DNA of 64,000 nt from Podarcis liolepis (GCA_965112155.1 OZ218100.1); one strand, 5' to 3'; positions 26,361 to 38,576 are shown, counted from the first letter of the stretch. Program-made: numbers and translations. Notes: generated by a model from the sequence alone, not told the origin.

Positions 26361-28953
26361 CACATCAATTCAAGCAAATGTCAACAAGGATGTTTAGTGA
26401 GTTGGCTGCATGCAGTGGTTAGAGGATGAATTTGGATAGATGTGATTGCATTCCCTAACCAGCTGTTATGCCTGCTAGATGGTCTTAAGTAAGTCGCTGT
26501 TTCAGACTAATCATCTTCCAGGCCTAATAAGGTCAGAATTAGGCCAAGGCTTTGGGTAGGCATACTTACATCCTGATCTGGCATGTGAGTTCTCCATTTT
26601 CCTGGTAAGGAACCAAAAGCTTTAAGTGCAGAAGAAGCTGCTGTTCTGTTGACTAGGCCAGATGGAAAACCCTTGCTATTACAGTGTAGTAAACTGAGCC
26701 AGGACAGTATACTGCCTACCAATTGCAAGGGCTGCTGCATCACCCTATTCCTTTATTTTGCTAAAAAGGACCCTGAGGCAACTAGGTTGTAGGCTAGTTG
26801 CTAGCATCATACTATGAGATTCCCAGTTCAAGTCCCAGATTACCTCTCAGAATAAAATGATTTACGGATGCACCAAAATTCTATAGTTTAAGGTAGAAAA
26901 TACTTTTACTTTAACTAGAATCATGAGCATTTTTTTTATCTTGCAAAAGTGAATCTATTTTCAAAGAAGAAAAAAAGAAAAACGGAAAGCAATATATCAG
27001 CATTTACCAAACCTGACTCAACCCTGAAATTATTCAATATTTTATGTGGGCATTTTATTGTTCAACACAATAAACCTCCATTTCCTCGCTCCCTTCTCAG
27101 CCTAGTTTTTGTTGTGTTTGGGTCTTAAAATATTCATATTTAAATGGCCCCTTGAGGTTTCAAGACACTCACTGCAGCTGCAGTTGAAGGTATTCTCTCC
27201 CGCTTTTTTTGCACTCCAGTGGATTCAGAGAGTCGATTATTATTGTTGTATTCATAGCTCCCTAATTAAATCAGAGAGTGTCATTTCCTTCCAGCCATGA
27301 GTTTAGGGTGCACTGCCAACTCCTTAAAGCCATCTCCTTGATGCAAGTAGCTCTTGCACTGAATGTCTCAAGAATTATGCAGGCAGTTTAATTTTTTTTC
27401 CTTTTAAAGGTTATGATCCTTAAAGCTTCAGACAGACCCAGCTATACTTAACTCCTCTGCCTTGTCTTTATTTTCTTTCCTCAGTAAGTCCTGGTGCAAC
27501 CTCTGGTCTGTTTTTAAAACCCCTCTCTAATGAATGCATGTAGACTGATACCGTTAACAACTTAACATAGTGCTCTCGCTCTGCCAGCTGCCTGACAGTT
27601 CAGAAGCTCAATTGGTTCGAACACTTGGAGCAGAATAAATTTCCCACCGGCTTGGTGCAATTTTCAGAATGTTTTAGGCTCAGGCCTCTCTGTAGTGCCT
27701 GAGGGAATGCATTCAAGCTCACCGTGAAGAGGGCCCTATCCATATCTAAAGCTTAAAAGTTCTGAGGGGATTGTTTATCAGTGTTTGCAACACTGGTGAA
27801 AAGGTTCACTGCAACTCTAATTAAAAAAGCCTCAGGAGGCTTTGTGTTGTAAGAACAGTAAAACTCCTGGTGTGACATTTGTTAGGTATCTGGTTCGGGA
27901 TGCTATATTAGATGTGACTCAGTATTTAAGCAGGAGCTTTGGAAGCAGATACAAATGGCCTCTGCTAAAATACAAGGCACTGCTACAAATTCCACATTGT
28001 TTTCATTGTAATGTATGGGATTCTTTTAGCCATGCACACTATTTAACCATTCCTACCTATCTTTCACACTGGGTTGTATGCATTTCCCAGTAACACCGGG
28101 CATCTTTGCAGACACAGTTGATGGAAGGAGATGTGACATTGGTAGAAGGGGATAAAGTGTGAGCCAGCTCCAAATTAAACATGGCAGAGCCCTACAAGCA
28201 AACAATGCATGAACAAGGATGATGTCTCTCAGCCTAACCTACCTTAAAAGGCTCTTGAGGATAAAATGGGGTTGGTAGAATCATGTATGCCATTTTCAGC
28301 TCTTTGGAGACAAGGTGGGATGTAAATGAAAATACACAAATGAACAAACCCACCATGTCTCCTCTGTTGGTAGCACTAAAGCATAGCTGGTGAACTGTGA
28401 GGTGAGAACCTGGTGGTTGAGACATTAAGTGGGATTAAGGGGCTTGGTGCAAAATGGCATCCCTCCCTCAGCTCTCAGATAGTGAGCTAGATAGTGAGTT
28501 GAGAGGAAGCAGTGATGGGACCTAGAAGCAAAGCAGCAAGCAGAGAGCGAGAGAGAACCATGCCAGATCTCAATCCAAGACTGTGACTATGGAAGAAATC
28601 TTCTTGGGTGTTCATGCTGTGAACCCCTCCATTGTAGGCTCAGATTGTATATATGTGTAAATAAACCATATATCATAAAGATACCACAATCTCTGCTCTT
28701 CCTTATTCCAAAAGGAAAAAATGAACCTTAGGTGAGTGCCTAAAACCCATGGAATCTATCACTTCTCAGAGATTGGGGTGGCATGCAACAATATGTTACG
28801 GTCTAAGCTTTTGACACTTAAAAGGCTTAAAAACAAAAAATCCTTCTAAGAACGTAAGGTGAGTATGTTGGAACAGGTTAATCGTCCATCTGTTTCAGTA
28901 TCCTGTTTTCACAGTGGCCAACCAGATGGCCATGGGAAACCAGATGGGTGGGA

Positions 28954-28989
<36 letters not shown>
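28954..28989. repeat. (TTA)n microsatellite
   Basis: Direct reading. Confidence 0.95.
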
Positions 28990-28990
<1 letters not shown>

Positions 28991-29649
28991 CCTGCAAGCA
29001 GGATTTGACACAAGTATACACTCCCCTCTTGTGGTTTCCAGCAACTGGTATTCAGAAGCATACTATCTTCAACAGTGCAGGCAGAACACAGCTATCATGG
29101 CTAGTAGTCAATTGGCCAACTGCCCCTCTGCGCTTCTTGTTGCTTTGAATTATTACTCAAACAAAATATTGTTGAGAAATTTCAATACACCACTGTTTGC
29201 CCTCCTGTCCCAGAGAGAAAGAGAGAAAGAGAGAGAGTGCTTGCTGGATTTGTTTTCATCAGCCATTTGTTTTAGAATTTGCCGAATTCACACAAAAAGT
29301 GTTCAAGGCAGCAAAAAGCACATGAAGTTCAAAGGATTTCTATTTATCATATTACTTCACTATATACAGTGTATGTGTTTTGCTTCTAATTAAGCAATGA
29401 TATATTGGCCATTATTTGCCTTTTTTAAAATGGACATGCACAAGAAAACATATTCAGTTCATCATTTATTAAATGGACTGTTTTTTGCAAAGAAGGAAGA
29501 TTACCTCCGATATTGTCTTTGCTGTTCTTTCCCAATATACAGAACAGGCAGAGCTAGCCTGAACACACAATTATCAATGCGCTGCCCTGGTTCTCTCGAG
29601 ATTAGTGGCATATGCCTTATTAATATCACTTTTGGATTACTCTTGCACA

Positions 29650-30800
29650 CTCAGAAGCTTCAGCTGGCTCAAAGAGCTGCAATCACATTGTTGACGGGCT
29701 GGTTATAGGAAGCATATGACTCCCTTGCCGGAACAGCTCCACTGGCTACCAGTTTCTGTTTCTAAGCACAATTCAAAGTTCTGGTTATGACCTATAAAGC
29801 CCTACATGGCTTAGGTCCAAGCTATCTGAAAGATCATAATGCTGCATTTGAAACTGCCTGTGTTTTTGAGACCTTTGTGGAAGGACCTTGTCTTCATCCC
29901 ACCATCATCACAGGCACGCTTGGTAGGGATTCAGGAGAGGGCCTTCTCAGTGGCTGCTCCCACACTTTGAAACTCCGCCCTAGAATCATAGAGAAACTAG
30001 ACTGGCTCCTTCCTTGTTCTTCTACCAACAGGTGAAGACAAACAGGCTTTGGGGAACTGACTGCTATTAATTAAATGATTGGTGCCGTGCTGTTTTTATT
30101 GTAATGACTGGTATAGTTTTAATAAATTTTATATTTGTATATAGTTTCAATTTTATCAATGTTTGATTAATTTTATTGATTGTTTTTTCTGTGTTTTGAG
30201 TGGTTTTTCTTTTTATCTGTGAGCCACCTTGATTCCCGCCAGGGAAAAAAGCAGGATATAAATAAATCTATAACAACGACTACAACAAATTAGACTGCTG
30301 CAATGCATTGTACATGGGACTGCCTTTGAAGACTTATCAGAAGGTTCAGAGAGTTAAAAACACACCTAGGACTTCTACAAGGATCATAGCTCAATTCAAA
30401 ATGCTATTGATCCCCTTTAAGGCTCCAAATGGCTTCCTCAAAGGCCACCTTCTTCCACGTCAATCTGACTAAAATTTGCAATCATTATAAAAGGCTGTCA
30501 TCCAACTCCTGCTGTCTCAAGTGAGGTGGATCGTGCTGGAAGTCTTTCTCAGTTCTTGTGCCTTCTGTGTGGAATGCCCTTCTGAAGTTGCCAGATCTGA
30601 TGTCCTTATGGCAGTGAGCAAATTCCTTTGTATTTACTCAGATCTCTCAGCATGTTGTCTCAGCTGGTTTAACTGATAGTTCTATTGGCTCTGCTGGGTG
30701 CTATCATTCTATTTTGCCTAGCTGTTTTTGTGGTTTAAACATTGAATCATCCTGGATTCCATGTATTATTTTTGATGTTGTTAGCCACCGTGGGAGGCCA
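29650..30800 (+). mobile_element. Two old L2-type LINE 3' fragments in tandem
   Basis: Degraded ORF2 end (QKLQLAQRAA..LLTG; TYKALHGLGPSYLKDH), GGGCCTTCTCAGTGG motif, AT-rich 3' UTRs. Confidence 0.65.
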
Positions 30801-33134
30801 GTTTTAAAATAAATATTGGTCTCCATGTATTCCCCCGCCATCAATTGAAATCACTTGCCAAATGTGTTGTGCATATTCCAATCTTGACGTCTTTTAATCA
30901 CTTGCAATCTGTAATCCTCCTCATGTGGGAAGTGCAGGATAGAAATCAAATTCAATCAAAACAAACACAAACAAGTATAAACTTTTAGGCTTTTTGCCGG
31001 TAGTTTATGAACATTCCTGATAGCAGATAATTGTTAGCGATGGGGGAACACGCTTGTCTCAGGGGCATAGCCCACAATTCTCGACCTTTCAGTACCAGTT
31101 AGTGCTGGAAAATGAAGATAATGATTCCTAGTCAATTGGTGTGTCACACAACCCTGCCACCTTTCCTATCCTGCTGTACCAGTTTACAGCAAAAGCATAA
31201 CTATGCCTAACTCAGAAGGAAGTCCTGTTGAACTCAATAGTGCCTACACACGAGTAAGTGGGGATTGGAGTGTGATGCACTGGAAAATCCCAAACAAACC
31301 TAGGGTCCTGGATGCCGTGTGGTCCAGCAGCCACAACTGCCAAAACTGGCTAGAATAATCCCTCCCAGCCATTGAGAACAATTCATCCAAGACTAGATTT
31401 AAATCATGTTTCTTTCATTGACTCACTACTAGGTGGTCTTGCATGTAGGGCAAACTGGTTATAAACAAGCCGATGAGTAAGAAAAGAAGCCTCCATTTAT
31501 TACATTTCAAACTCTTTCCTAAGGCTTGAGGCAGGAAATGGATTTTTTTCATCTGGTTGAAAGGGACCTGGAAAAGCCGCAATGCCTGAGGTATGCTCAT
31601 CCAGCTATGCTTTCTCACGGACAAGCGTTCGATTGTACAGTTTTGTAGCTTTTCGAGAATTTCAAAACCTCTTAACCTGTTTGTTCAAGGATGATAATGG
31701 GGGGGGGGGGGAGTTCATTCAACAAGTGTGCAATTCAACAGATGAAATGGTGTGTAAGTCAACAGGTGTGCACTCTTTCCCCCAAACAGTTGTACATGTG
31801 TAGCGACAGTTTGTGTTCAACGTAACATACAGGCAAGCCTGTTAGAGAGAGAGAAAAAAAATAAATTGAACATATAACCAACCACATCTTGTGTCACCAT
31901 AACAGGGCAGTGGCATGTTCAGAGACCAAGTACATGCTTTCATGTATAGGGTCCAAAGTTCAATATCTGCCCAAAATGGGGGCAGGTGATGGGACATATC
32001 TTGTAGGGGAGGGTGTCAGGCCAATCAACATAGAGAAAATGGGGAACTTGAGAACTTCCAGATGTTGCTGGACTACAGCTCTCCCTCTCGCCAAGTATTG
32101 GCCATGCAGGCTGGGAATTATGGGAGTCCACCAACATCTGGAGAGCCATAAGCTTCCCACCACTGTTTTAAATGTTCTCAAGAACCATTGTCTGTTTTTA
32201 ATACCTTTTCTCAAGGACTGATTCATGGTTATGAGTAATACATTCAGAAATAGGTTAAGTACCATTTACGCACCAGTTTTATATCTATCATCTTCATTAA
32301 AATGTGCATTTCTTTGTAATGCTCCCTGGGACACAATATGCATTTCTTATGTGGTTCTCACTGCTCAGCAAGTTTCCCACTTCTATTCTATATAGACCAC
32401 ACTTATAAAATACCACAGATGTCTATTTCAAAAGGTTACCATTTCTCTCAGTGTATCCATTTTCAAATTAAATGTGACCAACCACTTAGAAATACAAGCA
32501 AGGAAACTTACTTGCATTAATTTAATTGAGAGTAAATAAACAAACAGAACACACGAGTTCAACACAATTCACTCATCACTGAACAGGATTAACAACTTCC
32601 TTCTTCAAGGAATAATGAAGGCAGCATTTTAAAGGGTATCCCCTGGGTATAGCTATAATTTTCAAAATTAGAATATTGGTAAACACTTCTTTTTAAGACC
32701 ATCAATTATTTTCTTGGCACAGCAACACTTCCAAGCATGTAAAGAACCACTGCATTGTGATGGTTCTATTTAAGCATTTCTTTAATTGGATCATTAAATG
32801 CTGTTGTTTTAATATCAATTTTCTTAATGCTACCGGGCAGGTTGGTATCAGACTTTGTGAAATAAGGTCACTTCCCCTCCACAGTCTGCACCTTCTGAAA
32901 AAGCAGGCAAATATGCTTTTCATTACTGAGTAATGGGGTTAAGGGGGAAAAAACAATATAAAATTGGAAAGTGGGATTTTGCCATCTCCTTCCACAAATA
33001 TGTAATGATTCAAGGTTAAGAATGCAATCCTATACTCACTTTCTTGGGAACAGACCCCACTAAACTCAATGAGGTTTAATTCAGAGTGGTGCTCAACTGG
33101 AGTTGTCTCCCTGGCAAGGCCTTCTTGGTGGCAG

Positions 33135-33349
33135 GGCGTGTTCTCCTTCAAAATGAGAGCACGTGTTGCGGTTGGGAGAATACAAGCCACCCTGCTGTTA
33201 CTAGGCAGTTTTGGATAAAGGCAGAATCCTTAAAGGGTTAATTGAGTTACTGGGGAGTTTAGCACGTTGCCAATTTCTGGAGGAGGGCAGAGGCTATAAA
33301 TACAGGTCGCTTACGTCAGGGCGTCCTCTTGGCCTCTGCATTGGATCAC
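33135..33349 (+). repeat. Split direct repeat A1 (215 bp)
   Basis: Matches 39606-39820 except one T/C difference (33342 vs 39813). Confidence 0.97.
33295..33318 (+). promoter_or_regulatory. TATA box (TATAAATA) and downstream CRE-like TTACGTCA in repeat A; duplicated in A2 at ~39766-39789
   Basis: Motif about 50 nt before the end of A; the solo copies have TTTAAATA at the equivalent position. Confidence 0.6.
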
Positions 33350-33549
33350 GGAGCAGATCGTGTCTGGAGCCGGTTGTATTTTAAGCGTATATTTTCGCTG
33401 CTTCTAATTACTGCTTGTTTTCTCTTAAGTCCCCTTCTGCCTTTGTTCCTTCCTCCTTTTGTCTTAATTCCCTCCCACACTCCCTCCCTTTATTTTCCCG
33501 TTTATTTGCCTACCTTTTCCTGAGTTAATTTTAATTGTGTTTAAACAGC

Positions 33550-34130
33550 GTTTTACCGGGAGTGGACTCCGCCCCCCCCCCAGCCCGGGGGAGGCTTTCC
33601 TCCCGGCCTCGGGGAAGCCCCCGCGCTCTTACCGGGCCGCGGCCCACTCTTCCATTCCCCCCCTCCAAGCTCCGTAGTTGCGGAGCGCCCCCGGGGAACC
33701 CTCCTCCTTCCCTCCCACCGCCGCGTGGCCGGCGCTTACCTGGATTCACTGCGTGGGTGGCCGGATTAGGCCCTATTCTCTCCTGGGGGCCGTTACCGCG
33801 TGCGGCGGTCTCCCGGCGTTCCAGGCCGGGCCCGCGCGGCTGCGCCACGGCGCCGAGGGAGCGCTTGCCGGCGGGGTTTCCACAGGCCTCATTTTGAGCG
33901 CTTGAACGGCCCGCCTGTCCCGCGCTAACGCGCAAGGGCTTGCCGGACCCGGGGTGTCGTCGCCGCTGCGGCCTGAGCCCGCTGCGGCCTGGTAACATTT
34001 TTGCTGCGTAATCCCGGTTAGCTCCGCCATTTTCTTTGTGTCTTGCCGGCGTGGTGCTCCCCCTGGTGGCGCTGAGGGGTACTGCGCCTCTGTTGGATTG
34101 ATTGAGGAGCTAGGCCGCACCTCCTTCCTA
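33550..34130. promoter_or_regulatory. CpG island in the Ngaro leader with YY1 (34024-34033) and CTCF (34056-34070) motifs
   Basis: Very high GC/CpG content; CCGCCATTTT; GCTCCCCCTGGTGGC (reverse complement GCCACCAGGGGGAGC). Confidence 0.55.
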
Positions 34131-34285
34131 CCCCCCCTGCTGGCCGTTTGGGTACTGCACCCTGTCTATTTGCTTTATTTAAGCTGGTCAAGCATAATTG
34201 TTGCCTGGTATTGTTTTTTCTTGCCTCTGGGCCGGCTCTGAGGCCTCACAGGTTGGCTCCAGCGCTTAGGAGAGTTTAGTTAGTG

Positions 34286-34286
<1 letters not shown>

Positions 34287-34319
<33 letters not shown>
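34287..34319. repeat. (GATA)n microsatellite inside the Ngaro leader
   Basis: Direct reading. Confidence 0.9.
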
Positions 34320-34525
34320 TAGTTATTTAGACATACCTTTGGGCTAACATTTGGCCAAGAGTTATTATTTATTTATAACTTCTGCATAGATTGCAATTGA
34401 AGAGGGCTACTGAGTAGTAGCTGGTGGTAGGCCCAACAGTGGGTAGTGGTTGGAGGTTGCTAGCGGTTTATCTGCTGTATTGCTGGGAATTTAACTGGTT
34501 TTGATTTTATTTCCTGCTAGCAGGT

Positions 34526-36052
34526 ATGGCTCCAAAGAAAGCTGCTGCTCGCTCCAGCTCTGCTATCACTTCAAAACGGCCTATTAGAGGTCCATCCCAG
34601 GCGCTTCGTTCACCCCCTTCCAGCCAACCAGTGGGGCGAGTGCAATCATTGGTGGAAGGCATGGCCGGTGACCCTGCAGCTTTATCTCGCTTCGCAGCGG
34701 ATTTGGACGCCTTCTTGCAGCATCGTTCCGCCCAACCGTCCACATCTGGAAGGCTGCCCTCCTCAACATTGGTGGCGTCTACGGTTTCATCATCATCTAG
34801 CGAGGATGAGGGGGAGGGATCGTCGCCACAGGGTTTAATTTTGAATCCACAGTTATCCCAGTCCCCTGATGTACCTGCAATTCGGAACCAGCCTCGGAGG
34901 TCGGGCCGCCTCTCCGGGCGGGCCTCCAGAAAAAGTGCCCCTTTGGCCGCATCCACTCGCCGGCGTACGCCCGCCCGGTCTCCCACGGATGGGGCATCCG
35001 CTTCTGGTATCTCACGTGTTCTCTCTATGCAGTCTGTTTCAGTTCCGCCTCAACCGAATCCCGATTCGGAGTCCTCTAACGAAGACAGTCTACCGGTCCC
35101 TGCCAGGAGGTCGCTGGGAGGGAAGCGTCGCCACAAGAGGTCATCCCGAAAGCGTGCAAAGCGGAGGAAGGATGACTCTTCTTCCTCTCTTTCGGGTACG
35201 TCTTCCTCTAGTTCTGACGATGAGGGTAGTCATATGGAACTTTATTGGGGTTTTGGCGAATCGGTTTCAGGGCTTCCTCGGTGGGCTTGGGAGCGCAGGT
35301 CCAACACGCATCGGGCGAAATATGGAGCTGTTCAGGAATGCAGGGATGGCGTGTTGGTTCCTGACGTTAAAGTCTCAACTAACTCGGCCAGGGACATCAT
35401 TCCGGGCTCACATTTGTCATCGAAATTGCGTTCCCGGATATTAAATGGACGTTACGTGGACATGTTCAAACTGGCCCCACCTTCTGAGGAACAAGAGAAG
35501 GGGAGTGTTTCAACCAAAAAACGCTCAGGGGTCTCTGCGGCAGGCAGGACTTTTGAACATTGGCTTGACTCCTTTCAGGTCTTTGCTGGTATAGTTATGG
35601 CAGCCTATCCGCGTAGGTCCCTTCATTTGTTGGTTTATTTATCCATCGTGCGCTCTGCCTTTACCAAGGCTGGGGAAAAAGCTGCGATCAAATATGATGA
35701 GAATTTTAGGCGTCGTGCGGCTAAGATTCCCTCCGCACGCTGGGATCGGAAAGATCTAGATGTGTGGACTACTTACGTGGCTCCGCTTATTGACAAAAAG
35801 GTGCCGGAGCAACAGAAATTGGGTATCTCTCCTTTTAGGCCTGGCCGTCGGTTGCCTTGTTGGGATTTTAACAGGGCTTCTTGTCAGCGTTCAACATGTA
35901 GATTTGCGCACACTTGTGAGAAATGCAATGGATTGCATCCGGCTTCCTCTTGTTTTGGTGGGCGGCGGCCCTTTCGTGGAGGAAAAGGGGGCTCTCAACA
36001 ACCCCCCAAGTCAGTCCCCCCCACACCCTCAACCTCAGGTACAGCAAAATAA
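34526..36052 (+). CDS. gag: Ngaro ORF1, Gag-like protein (508 aa)
   Basis: Ser/Arg-rich N-terminus with a basic NLS-like patch, YDENFRRR core, C-terminal CX7CX4CX3H and CX2CX3HX4C zinc fingers; first AUG after the promoter. Confidence 0.88.
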   Translation: MAPKKAAARSSSAITSKRPIRGPSQALRSPPSSQPVGRVQSLVEGMAGDPAALSRFAADLDAFLQHRSAQPSTSGRLPSSTLVASTVSSSSSEDEGEGSSPQGLILNPQLSQSPDVPAIRNQPRRSGRLSGRASRKSAPLAASTRRRTPARSPTDGASASGISRVLSMQSVSVPPQPNPDSESSNEDSLPVPARRSLGGKRRHKRSSRKRAKRRKDDSSSSLSGTSSSSSDDEGSHMELYWGFGESVSGLPRWAWERRSNTHRAKYGAVQECRDGVLVPDVKVSTNSARDIIPGSHLSSKLRSRILNGRYVDMFKLAPPSEEQEKGSVSTKKRSGVSAAGRTFEHWLDSFQVFAGIVMAAYPRRSLHLLVYLSIVRSAFTKAGEKAAIKYDENFRRRAAKIPSARWDRKDLDVWTTYVAPLIDKKVPEQQKLGISPFRPGRRLPCWDFNRASCQRSTCRFAHTCEKCNGLHPASSCFGGRRPFRGGKGGSQQPPKSVPPTPSTSGTAK

Positions 36053-37658
36053 GGTGCTGACTTCCTTGGCCCAGACTCCCATACGTCTGCCGGCCCTTAA
36101 AAAGTGGCTCAGGTTTTACCCAGATAGGGAGGCCGCTCGTTACCTGAGCGATGGTTTTTCTGTTGGTTTTCGGATTCCAGTAGCCATGCCCCCCGTGGCT
36201 CGGAATTCGGCTAATCAGAAATCAGTTCGTGAATTGCCCGAAATTGCCCGAAAAAAGATCACAAAGGAGGTGGCTATGCATCGGATGGCTGGCCCCTTTT
36301 GTGCCCCTCCATTTCCAAAATTGCATGTTTCCCCATTGGGCATCGTGCCAAAGAAAGCCCCTGGTGAATTCCGTTTGATTCATAATTTATCACACCCTAG
36401 GGGTACTTCAGTTAACGATGTGATTCCTCCAGAGCTTTGCTCAGTTAAGTATGCCTCTCTTGATCACGCGATCAAGATGATTCGAAAATTTGGACCAGCT
36501 GCTTTATTGGCAAAATGCGACATAGAGTCGGCATTCCGTTTGCTGCCGATTCATCCTGAGGATTTTTGGCTGCTCGGTTTCCAGTTTGAGGGAAAATACT
36601 ATTTTGACAAAGCCATGCCCATGGGTTGTTCAATAGCGTGCGCAGCTTTTGAATCTTTCAGCACCTTTTTGGAATGGGCCCTCAAGTTGAAAACCGGGTT
36701 GGATGGGGTTACTCATTATTTGGATGATTTTTTATTGGCTTCTGATTGTAATACTGACAATTGCTCGGTTCTGTTGCGTGCTTTAGCTGCCCTTACTGAG
36801 GAAATAGGGGTCCCGTTAGCGGCGGAAAAGACTGAGGGTCCCTCGACTCAGCTTACGTATTTGGGTATCCTTTTGGATACGGTGTCTCAAACTTCCAGCT
36901 TGCCTAAGGATAAGCTGGTGGCTTTAAAAAAGGTTATAGAGGAATTGCTTCCCTTAAAGAAGGTGTCCCTACTGCAAATCCAATCGCTGTTAGGTCACCT
37001 GAATTTTGCCTGTAGGGTGGTGGCCCCGGGTCGCCCCTTTTGCTCTCGTTTGGCTCGCCTCACGGTGGGCTTGAAGGCCCCGCATCATCGTGTCCGTCTT
37101 TCTAGGGAGGTGAGGGCTGATCTCAGCATATGGCTTGAATTTTTGGAGGAATTCAATGGGGTATCGCTATGGCAAGACACTTTGAACTTGCAGAACGATT
37201 TTCAGGTGCATTCAGACGCAGCAGGGTCCCAAGGTTTTGGCCTATATTGGATGGGCAGGTGGTGTGCCAAGCGCTGGCCTCTTGATTGGCAGGGAACAGC
37301 CATTACGCGGGACCTAACTTTTCTTGAGTTCTTTCCCATTGCAGTGGCAGTGCACTTGTGGGTCGAAGAGTTCAGGGACCGACGCGTCTGCTTCTGGACT
37401 GATAACCAGGCGGTGGTGAATGTGCTGGCCAAGCTGTCGTCCCGCTCTCCTAGGGTGTCGGCCCTTTTGCGGGCTTTTGTTTTACATTGTTTACGTTATA
37501 ACATAGTGTTTTCTGCTCGTTTTGTTCCGGGGGTGTCTAACGAAATTGCCGATGCTCTGTCCCGTTTTCAGATGGAGCGGTTCAGACTTCTGGTTCCAGA
37601 GGCTCGGAAACGTCCGGAATGTTTCCCGGATCATCTCTGGAGCCTTGGCAGGAGCTAG
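35760..37658 (+). CDS. pol: Ngaro ORF2, reverse transcriptase/RNase H (true start uncertain)
   Basis: RT motifs PKK..G.FRLIHNLS, KCDIESAF, MPMG, YLDDF; RNase H motifs SDAAGS.G.G, LEFFP, TDNQ, NEIADALSR. Confidence 0.95.
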   Translation: MCGLLTWLRLLTKRCRSNRNWVSLLLGLAVGCLVGILTGLLVSVQHVDLRTLVRNAMDCIRLPLVLVGGGPFVEEKGALNNPPSQSPPHPQPQVQQNKVLTSLAQTPIRLPALKKWLRFYPDREAARYLSDGFSVGFRIPVAMPPVARNSANQKSVRELPEIARKKITKEVAMHRMAGPFCAPPFPKLHVSPLGIVPKKAPGEFRLIHNLSHPRGTSVNDVIPPELCSVKYASLDHAIKMIRKFGPAALLAKCDIESAFRLLPIHPEDFWLLGFQFEGKYYFDKAMPMGCSIACAAFESFSTFLEWALKLKTGLDGVTHYLDDFLLASDCNTDNCSVLLRALAALTEEIGVPLAAEKTEGPSTQLTYLGILLDTVSQTSSLPKDKLVALKKVIEELLPLKKVSLLQIQSLLGHLNFACRVVAPGRPFCSRLARLTVGLKAPHHRVRLSREVRADLSIWLEFLEEFNGVSLWQDTLNLQNDFQVHSDAAGSQGFGLYWMGRWCAKRWPLDWQGTAITRDLTFLEFFPIAVAVHLWVEEFRDRRVCFWTDNQAVVNVLAKLSSRSPRVSALLRAFVLHCLRYNIVFSARFVPGVSNEIADALSRFQMERFRLLVPEARKRPECFPDHLWSLGRS

Positions 37659-38542
37659 TTTTTCAGGGAGTAATGGCTTCTATTTCCCCTTCTACTCTCA
37701 GGTCATACACCAAAGCATGGACTGATTTTTTGTCCTTTACATATCAGCCAGCCGGGGAGCAAAGGTGGACTTCCCCCTCCACTTCTCAGGTGCTAAAATA
37801 TTTGGCGCACCTGTTTCAGTTGGGACGTGCAGCTAAGACGCTAAGAATTCAGGCAGCTGCTATTGCCTTTTTCTGCAAAGCTTATTTCGACAAAGATCCT
37901 TGCGCTAAGTTTGCCGTGCGTAAGGCCCTGGAGGGATGGGGTAGGCTTTGTCCTTCCCAGCCAGCTACTAGGCACCCTATCTCATATGATTTGCTGTGCA
38001 AGATGCGCAAAGAGTTGAGGAAGGTTTGCTGGTCCAGGTATGAGGCTCGCCTTTTTTCTGCGGCCTTTTCTATTGCTTTCTTCGGAGCACTAAGGGTGGG
38101 TGAGCTCGTATGGGAGGAGCACAAAAATGGCCGTTCTAGGGGATTATTGCTTCAGGATGCGCAGCTATCTCCGGATGAGCTGAGACTCCTCATTAGGAAC
38201 TCAAAAACGGATCAGGGTGGAAGGGGAGCCCTCATTCGTCTCCCGGCTACAAGGGAGGTGGGACCGTGTCCGGTCAAAGATGTCAGGAAGTACTTGTCCA
38301 TCCGGGCCCCGGGGGAAGGTCCACTGTTGCAGCATGAAGATGGGTCGCCTCTGTCTAGGCGACAGTTTGCAAGGGTGATGCGGAAGGCCATTGCGGCTTG
38401 TGGTGATTCTGCTAGTGGTTTTGCCCCACACTCTTTCAGGATTGGGGCTGCCACGACGGCAGCGCATTGGGGCCTGTCTGCAGGCAGAATAAAGAATTTG
38501 GGTCGCTGGAAGTCGAACGCGTTTCGAGGCTATGTTCGCTAA
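37619..38542 (+). CDS. Ngaro ORF3, tyrosine recombinase
   Basis: Complete catalytic set: R (ALRVGEL), K (SKTDQ), HxxR (HSFRIG), W (GRW), Y (FRGYVR). Confidence 0.95.
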   Translation: MFPGSSLEPWQELVFQGVMASISPSTLRSYTKAWTDFLSFTYQPAGEQRWTSPSTSQVLKYLAHLFQLGRAAKTLRIQAAAIAFFCKAYFDKDPCAKFAVRKALEGWGRLCPSQPATRHPISYDLLCKMRKELRKVCWSRYEARLFSAAFSIAFFGALRVGELVWEEHKNGRSRGLLLQDAQLSPDELRLLIRNSKTDQGGRGALIRLPATREVGPCPVKDVRKYLSIRAPGEGPLLQHEDGSPLSRRQFARVMRKAIAACGDSASGFAPHSFRIGAATTAAHWGLSAGRIKNLGRWKSNAFRGYVR

Positions 38543-38576
38543 CATGATGTTTTTTGTATTTTGTTGTCTATACCAG

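Noticed and set aside
28365-28790. Possible solo LTR (AATAAA at ~28659, ends GCAACA)
   Set aside because: No matching 5' end or TSD could be established, and there is no second copy in the window.
33531-34986. GC-rich ORFs in the Ngaro leader and antisense to gag
   Set aside because: Non-AUG starts or low-complexity products expected from stop-poor GC-rich sequence; no domain motifs.
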